This document shows positions 26,664 to 32,000 of a DNA stretch of 32,000 bases, piece after piece. Numbering within the stretch: position 1 is the first letter of the stretch; each line of letters starts with the position of its first letter. Below the pieces are notes generated by a model, which was given only the letters and a program-made list of their open reading frames with translations, did not search any database and had not been told where the DNA came from. Source of the stretch: Nostoc punctiforme PCC 73102 (GTDB lineage Bacteria > Cyanobacteriota > Cyanobacteriia > Cyanobacteriales > Nostocaceae); the NCBI RefSeq assembly GCF_000020025.1, contig NC_010628.1:4080001-4112000 (forward strand). The letters run 5' to 3'. The position numbers and the translations under genes are program-made.

Positions 26664-27971
26664 TCATGTAATAGCGAAAGCTAAAATTTCCTCTGCTGCT
26701 CGTTGTCCACTGCGAATCGCTCCCTCCATATAGCCACAATATTCAATGGGAGCGGTATGTTCTCCCGCAAAAATGACTTGTCCAGCAGAGTACGGTAAAT
26801 CAGAACGCCAGCTTTTCAAATCTCTGGGAGCGAAGTAGCAGTAAGATCCTTGTGACCAGGGATCGGCACTCCAGTTATGAGTTGTAGTTGCGTAGGCGCA
26901 GCCCGCACTTCGGCTGCGCTCAGTGACCGTCGTAGACATCGCTTTGGGAGCATTTGGGTAAAGCGCAGATATTGTTTGTTGTGCGAACTCAACGGAGTGT
27001 CCAGAAATATTTCGGCTAGGTGTCCCACTGCTCGTACAAGCCAGAATTCCCGCTTCACCTACTTGAGTTAGGGTAGATTCCCAGATAGTTTGATAAGGTG
27101 TGTCTCCCACGAGCAGCCCAAGACTGGATTGCTGCCAGAAACGATTGGAGTACTGAAGTAAGGTCTTAACCGATGTCCCATAAGGCAAGTGGGTTATCGC
27201 CTCTCGTTGTATCTGTGTAAGCGGAGCTTCAATCGACAAATGGCGCAAGACACTCCAGGGAATCGTGACAACAACCCAATCGCAAAATACTTCAACCTGC
27301 CCTTGAAGAGTTTTTAGGCTCACGGCAACAGTTTGTTCTTGCTGCTGAATCCGCACAACTGGGGTGTTTAGATGGATGCAATCGCCTAAAAAGCGAGCAA
27401 ATGCAGTTGCAATTTGAGTACTACCACCTTGAATTCGCAAACTGCGATCGCCGGAAGTACCACTGTAAGCAAAGAAACCAACTCCAATTGCTTCTGGATC
27501 GGCAGTATACATTCCATAGGATTGCTGACGAATAACTTTGCTTGCAAAAGGATCGATCGATTCTGCTGTCAACCACTGAGCTAATGTTTGGGCAGGATCG
27601 GCAACCTGTGACAATAATCGATCTAACTTCTGATATGCATCATTTAAAGAAGCTTGCTGTTGAGGCAAGAGCGTTTTTGGAGTAGAAAAATTACCATCAA
27701 TGTAATAACAGAGGTCATCTGGAAGCTCAAAGGCCGGCTCAAACTTGAGGTCGAATTGAGTGGCATAGGATATCAATGCTGTATGGTTATCATCGACAAA
27801 TTCTGCACCTAATTCGCCATGCTGTTCTTCTTCCAAAAAGACCGTTTTGACTCGTCCTCCAACTCGTTCGCGGGCTTCAAATACTTGCACATCAAACCCA
27901 GCACGAGTGAGTTCATAACCAGCCGTCAGTCCTGCCAACCCAGCCCCAATTACAATTACTCGTTTGCTCAT
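26664..27971 (-). CDS. FAD-dependent amine oxidase (flavin monoamine oxidase family)
   Basis: 435 aa. N-terminal dinucleotide fold VIVIGAGLAGLTAGYEL...FEARERVGGRV and C-terminal FAGEHT motif. Confidence 0.85.
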   Translation of the reverse strand: MSKRVIVIGAGLAGLTAGYELTRAGFDVQVFEARERVGGRVKTVFLEEEQHGELGAEFVDDNHTALISYATQFDLKFEPAFELPDDLCYYIDGNFSTPKTLLPQQQASLNDAYQKLDRLLSQVADPAQTLAQWLTAESIDPFASKVIRQQSYGMYTADPEAIGVGFFAYSGTSGDRSLRIQGGSTQIATAFARFLGDCIHLNTPVVRIQQQEQTVAVSLKTLQGQVEVFCDWVVVTIPWSVLRHLSIEAPLTQIQREAITHLPYGTSVKTLLQYSNRFWQQSSLGLLVGDTPYQTIWESTLTQVGEAGILACTSSGTPSRNISGHSVEFAQQTISALYPNAPKAMSTTVTERSRSAGCAYATTTHNWSADPWSQGSYCYFAPRDLKSWRSDLPYSAGQVIFAGEHTAPIEYCGYMEGAIRSGQRAAEEILAFAIT

Positions 27972-28012
27972 TGGTCATCATTATCCTGCTACATACCTTC
28001 GCCCAAATCAAA

Positions 28013-28225
28013 TCAGTTGTCTTTTCTTAGAAATTCCTCATCGTAATCTCGCATACTCTCTTGGCTGTCTCTTCTATCTACCGGAGTGTTATTTTTAAGG
28101 TTTTTGAGAAGTTGCAAGGATTTTTGATCTAAAATCCCAAATTGGTATGATTTATTTTTCGGAAGTCCCTGAGTATAATTCTGCTTAGTGTCGCGCTTTC
28201 TGATACCAATTGAAAAAAAATCCAC
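28013..28225 (-). CDS. Possible small hypothetical protein (70 aa)
   Basis: ORF co-oriented with and 41 nt upstream of the amine oxidase gene. Hydrophilic, with no recognisable family. May be non-coding. Confidence 0.25.
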   Translation of the reverse strand: MDFFSIGIRKRDTKQNYTQGLPKNKSYQFGILDQKSLQLLKNLKNNTPVDRRDSQESMRDYDEEFLRKDN

Positions 28226-28446
28226 CAGCCGAACTCCAATACAAACTAAGAGGATTCTGGCGACTGACTGTAAATTCTATTTTGATAAATGTTAATTGTG
28301 GGAAGCGTGCAGATTACCAATTTCTTATTTACCACTAGAATTACACTTGTTTGAACTCAGTCTTCCCGTAAGTGCTTCAACAGAGGAGTAGCAGCCACCC
28401 TTGCTGTATTGAACACAAAAAGCTGAAAACCAGGAGACAAAAACCT

Positions 28447-29469
28447 ATGGAACTTGCAATGATTGGACTCGGAAGGATGGGCGCGAACATGGCACAGCGC
28501 TTGATGCGTGCTGGGCATCATGTAGTTGGGTATGTCCGCCGGACTGAGAAATTGTCCGCAATGGTGAACGAAGGTGTAATTGCAGCCGGAGCCAGCTCAA
28601 TCGCCGATCTAGTCAGCAAGTTATCCAAACCCCGTACCGTCTGGTTGATGGTGCCTGCTGCTTCCGTGGATGAAACAATTGAAACGCTAATTCCACTCCT
28701 CGAACCAGACGACATTATTATCGATGGTGGCAACTCATACTACCATGATGACATTCGTCGAGCAGCCACACTCAAGGATCGAGGCATTCACTATGTTGAT
28801 TGCGGTACGAGCGGGGGTGTTTGGGGATTGGAGCGGGGTTATTGCCTAATGATCGGCGGCGAACAGGTGGCAATCAAACGCCTTGACCCCATTTTTGCAA
28901 CTCTAGCTCCGGGTGTAGGAGAGATCGATCGCACTCCCGGACGAGAGAAGGCGGGCGGTACTGCTGAACAAGGCTATCTCCATTGCGGGCCCATCGGTGC
29001 AGGACACTTCGTGAAAATGGTACACAACGGTATTGAGTACGGTGTCATGGCAGCGTATGCAGAGGGGCTGAATATTCTTCACCACGCCAACATAGGCAAC
29101 AATCAGCGCGAGATCGATGCCGAAACCACACCATTACGAAATCCAGAACATTATCAGTATGACTTTAATCTGGGAGATATTGCCGAAGTCTGGCGGCGGG
29201 GTAGTGTAATTGCTTCCTGGCTATTGGATTTGACAGCGATCGCTTTATTAGAAAGCCCCAATTTAGAAAGGTTTGGTGGTCGGGTATCAGATTCTGGTGA
29301 AGGGCGCTGGAGTGCGATCGCAGCAATTGACGAATCTGTACCGACTCCAGTGTTAAGCGCAGCGCTCTTTGCTCGCTTTAGCTCGCGTGGGGAAGCAGAC
29401 TTTGCCGATAAACTTTTGTCAGCCATGCGCTATCAGTTTGGCGGGCATTATGAAAAAGCTAATTCCTAA
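28447..29469 (+). CDS. gnd: 6-phosphogluconate dehydrogenase (decarboxylating), short Gnd-like/YqeC type
   Basis: 340 aa from ATG 28447. [15 protein letters not shown] Rossmann motif, GGNSYY, and [16 protein letters not shown] substrate-binding signature. Confidence 0.85.
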   Translation: MELAMIGLGRMGANMAQRLMRAGHHVVGYVRRTEKLSAMVNEGVIAAGASSIADLVSKLSKPRTVWLMVPAASVDETIETLIPLLEPDDIIIDGGNSYYHDDIRRAATLKDRGIHYVDCGTSGGVWGLERGYCLMIGGEQVAIKRLDPIFATLAPGVGEIDRTPGREKAGGTAEQGYLHCGPIGAGHFVKMVHNGIEYGVMAAYAEGLNILHHANIGNNQREIDAETTPLRNPEHYQYDFNLGDIAEVWRRGSVIASWLLDLTAIALLESPNLERFGGRVSDSGEGRWSAIAAIDESVPTPVLSAALFARFSSRGEADFADKLLSAMRYQFGGHYEKANS

Positions 29470-29480
29470 AGAGGTTAGTC

Positions 29481-30860
29481 ATGGGAACTCCTGATTCAGA
29501 CGCACTGGTATTTTTTGGGGCAACAGGTGACTTGGCTTACAAGAAAATCTTTCCCAGCCTTCAGGCAATGGTACGACGGGGCAATCTCAATGTCCCAGTA
29601 ATTGGGGTTGCCGGACGACCTTGGACGACGGATCAACTTAGGGAAAGGGCACGTGATAGCCTAGAACATAATGGTGGTATAGATCGAGACGCATTTGAGA
29701 AACTTTCTGGTCTACTCCAGTACGTTGCTGGTGACTACAACAAACCAGAAACTTACGAAAAATTACGTCAAGCCCTTGGTGATACCACTCATCCCCTCTA
29801 CTATTTGGCAATTCCACCGAGCCTGTTTGCACAAGTAGCGTCAGGATTGGGTAAATCAGGCTGTGCTAAAAATGCGCGGGTGGTAATTGAAAAACCATTT
29901 GGACGGGATTTGAAATCGGCACGTGAGTTAAATCAAATTCTGGCATCGGTTTTTCCCGAATCATCCATCTATCGCATTGACCATTACCTGGGCAAGGAAC
30001 CACTGCTGAATTTACTCTATTTTCGGTTTGGCAACTCTTTTCTCGAACCCATCTGGAATCGCAACTATGTTGAAAGCATCCAAATTGTGATGGCAGAGGA
30101 CTTTGGCATTCAAGGAAGGGGACGCTTCTATGAGGAGACTGGTGCAATTCGGGATGTGGTGGAAAACCACATGCTGCAAGTATTGGCTTCAGTGTGCATG
30201 GATGCTCCCGCTAGTACGGCGGCCGATTCCATTCGAGATGAAAAAGCACGTATTCTCAAAGCTATACCTTCACTGCAACCCGATGATATTATTCGCGGTC
30301 AATTTTCTGATTACCGCAACGAAGAAGGCGTTTCTCCTGATTCTCAAGTAGAAACTTTTGTTGCCGTGCGGTTATTTATTAATACGTGGCGGTGGTCAGG
30401 AGTTCCCATCTACATCCGGGCTGGAAAGAAATTACCTGTTAAAACTACTGAGGTGATGGTCAAGCTCAAGTGTCCACCTTTAGATGTGTTCCAGGAGGGA
30501 GGAAAAGAAAACGCTAATTATGTTCGTTTTTTACTAGATCCAGAGGTAATTGTGGGATTGGGCGCTCGCACTAAAATCCCTGGAGAAGATATGAGTGGCT
30601 CTGCGGTTGAACTCCTGGCTTTTTACGGAGGTGGCGACGAGATGGAACCCTATGAGCGTCTATTGGGTGATGCCATGCGGGGCGATCCCACCTTGTTTGT
30701 ACGAGAAGATACCGTAGAAGAAGAATGGCGGATTGTTCAACCAATCCTTGATAACGTCACACCCGTTTACGAGTATGAGCCAAATACATGGGGCCCACCT
30801 GAGTCAGATAAACTGCTCTCGCCAATAGATGATTGGTACAATCCCTTGGGTAGAGAGTAG
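29481..30860 (+). CDS. zwf: Glucose-6-phosphate 1-dehydrogenase
   Basis: 459 aa. [19 protein letters not shown] motif and the RIDHYLGKE active-site signature. Starts 11 nt after the gnd stop. Confidence 0.92.
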   Translation: MGTPDSDALVFFGATGDLAYKKIFPSLQAMVRRGNLNVPVIGVAGRPWTTDQLRERARDSLEHNGGIDRDAFEKLSGLLQYVAGDYNKPETYEKLRQALGDTTHPLYYLAIPPSLFAQVASGLGKSGCAKNARVVIEKPFGRDLKSARELNQILASVFPESSIYRIDHYLGKEPLLNLLYFRFGNSFLEPIWNRNYVESIQIVMAEDFGIQGRGRFYEETGAIRDVVENHMLQVLASVCMDAPASTAADSIRDEKARILKAIPSLQPDDIIRGQFSDYRNEEGVSPDSQVETFVAVRLFINTWRWSGVPIYIRAGKKLPVKTTEVMVKLKCPPLDVFQEGGKENANYVRFLLDPEVIVGLGARTKIPGEDMSGSAVELLAFYGGGDEMEPYERLLGDAMRGDPTLFVREDTVEEEWRIVQPILDNVTPVYEYEPNTWGPPESDKLLSPIDDWYNPLGRE

Positions 30861-30914
30861 GATATATTACAATACGGTTCATTTAAGGGCTACTGGCAAA
30901 AATTTTGGGTTTTT

Positions 30915-30937
30915 GAGACGCGATAAATCGCCGTCTC
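30915..30937. terminator. Hairpin downstream of zwf (repeat-family stem-loop, possible terminator)
   Basis: GAGACG...CGTCTC arms with CGA/TCG extension (GAGACGCGATAAATCGCCGTCTC), flanked by T-runs, ~55 nt after the zwf stop. A related CGTCTC/GAGAAGCGTCT motif occurs at ~270..300. Confidence 0.4.
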
Positions 30938-31099
30938 TACAAGTGTTTTGCTCTTATCTGAACTATATTGGGATATATTACTCGCAGACTTGGCAATATA
31001 ATATCGGGGCTTCACCAATTAATAGCAATGGTAAGCAAGTTCGTAGTAAGAACTTTAGTCCTTACTACAAACCTCAAAACTAGCGGGAGCAAAGTACTA

Positions 31100-31249
<150 letters not shown>

Positions 31250-31272
31250 TTATGTAAAAATAAATTGAACAA

Positions 31273-32000
31273 TTAACTGACTACTTTGGGTTTGATAATA
31301 TAGTTCCACTCACCATGAAAAGAATTTCGTTCGATTGCGATAGTATCAAGCTCTTGGTCTGTAACCTTGATTCCCGTTTTGTAGAGATTTGGATCTAATC
31401 TAGCTTCAACTTCTAATCCTTGTGTGGTGGTAGTATTGCGAATTAGATTAATCACAACTTGCAAGCTAGTTAATGGTCTGCCTCGCCAGTTTTGGGTAAT
31501 GTGACAAAACAAGCGATGCTCAATCTTATTCCATTTACTTGTGCCTGGAGGAAAATGACACACATGAATAGTTTTACCAGTATCAGTTGCTAATTCTTGT
31601 AACTTCAATTTCCACAATCGTGAGCGATAACTATTGCTACCACCGCAATCAGCCGTAATCATTATATGCTCACTGCTGGGATAAACTTGTTTACCCATTG
31701 AGTACCACCAATGACGAATAGACTCGACTGCAAACTCTGCGGTATCGTGGTCAATGCCAACATTTACCCATCCTTGATTTGAGGTTAAGTCATAAATTCC
31801 GTAGGGAATTGCCTTGCCCAACTTGGGGTCAACAAAATCATGCATTTTCACCTCAATTGGCTGTTCCTTTTCACACCACTCGGTTCCAGAATTTTTAAAA
31901 TCTCCAATTAATTCTTTTTTTTTGTATCAACTGAAATTACGGGTTCGTTCTGGGATTGAAAGTGCAAGACTTGGTTGGAAATATGTAAAAACTGATCATC
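31273..32000 (-). mobile_element. ISAzo13-family IS element: DDE transposase gene, partial at the window edge and split by a frameshift in an A9 run
   Basis: The C-terminal 192 aa carry the family signature (ADCGGSNSYRSRLWK, HVCHFPPGTSKWNKIEHRLF, FHGEWNYIIKP). The upstream part (DDQFLHISNQVLHFQSQNEPVISVDTKK) is open from 32000 in another frame. The frames meet at A9 (T9 on the plus strand, 31915..31923). Confidence 0.8.

Noticed and set aside
27819-29426. Shadow ORFs around the amine oxidase and gnd genes (26816..27058 -, 26877..27071 +, 27819..28046 +, 28518..28733 -, 28903..29085 -, 29154..29426 -), and within zwf (29638..29832 -, 29866..30147 -, 30103..30351 +)
   Set aside because: All are embedded in or antisense to strongly supported enzyme genes, and have no independent signals.

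Overview
Cyanobacterial (Nostocales-like) chromosomal DNA. The HIP1 octamer GCGATCGC is scattered through most genes. STRR-type heptamer repeats (CAGTCCC, TTTTTAA, AATTACG) and G-rich or GGGTAAAGG hairpin repeats fill the intergenic gaps. Positions 1-18 kb are mostly housekeeping: a giant alpha-2-macroglobulin lipoprotein, cobL, a small TA pair with a broken toxin, ispH, an SGNH hydrolase, amt, ynfA-like, a domain-depleted GAF-CHASE3-HPt sensor and a group-2 sigma factor. Positions 18-32 kb are a mosaic accessory region: two AT-rich SUKH/SMI1-KNR4 immunity-like genes, gene remnants, a ThiF/E1-like gene with an unknown 277-aa partner, a ptxABCD phosphite-oxidation operon, an inverted-repeat-bounded element with 21-bp tandem repeats, an amine oxidase, a higher-GC gnd-zwf pair and a frameshifted ISAzo13-family transposase at the window edge. 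The most unusual object is a ~204-nt, fully nestable structured RNA candidate on the minus strand (21601..21804). It has its own near-consensus promoter and sits directly upstream of the unknown-protein/ThiF pair. It carries a sarcin-ricin-loop core and a colinear, covarying copy of the 23S rRNA L11-binding/GTPase-associated centre, in non-rRNA order. I propose it as a candidate ribosomal GTPase-centre mimic RNA coupled to an E1-like enzyme module. This rests on hand analysis and recalled reference sequences, and needs computational and experimental confirmation.
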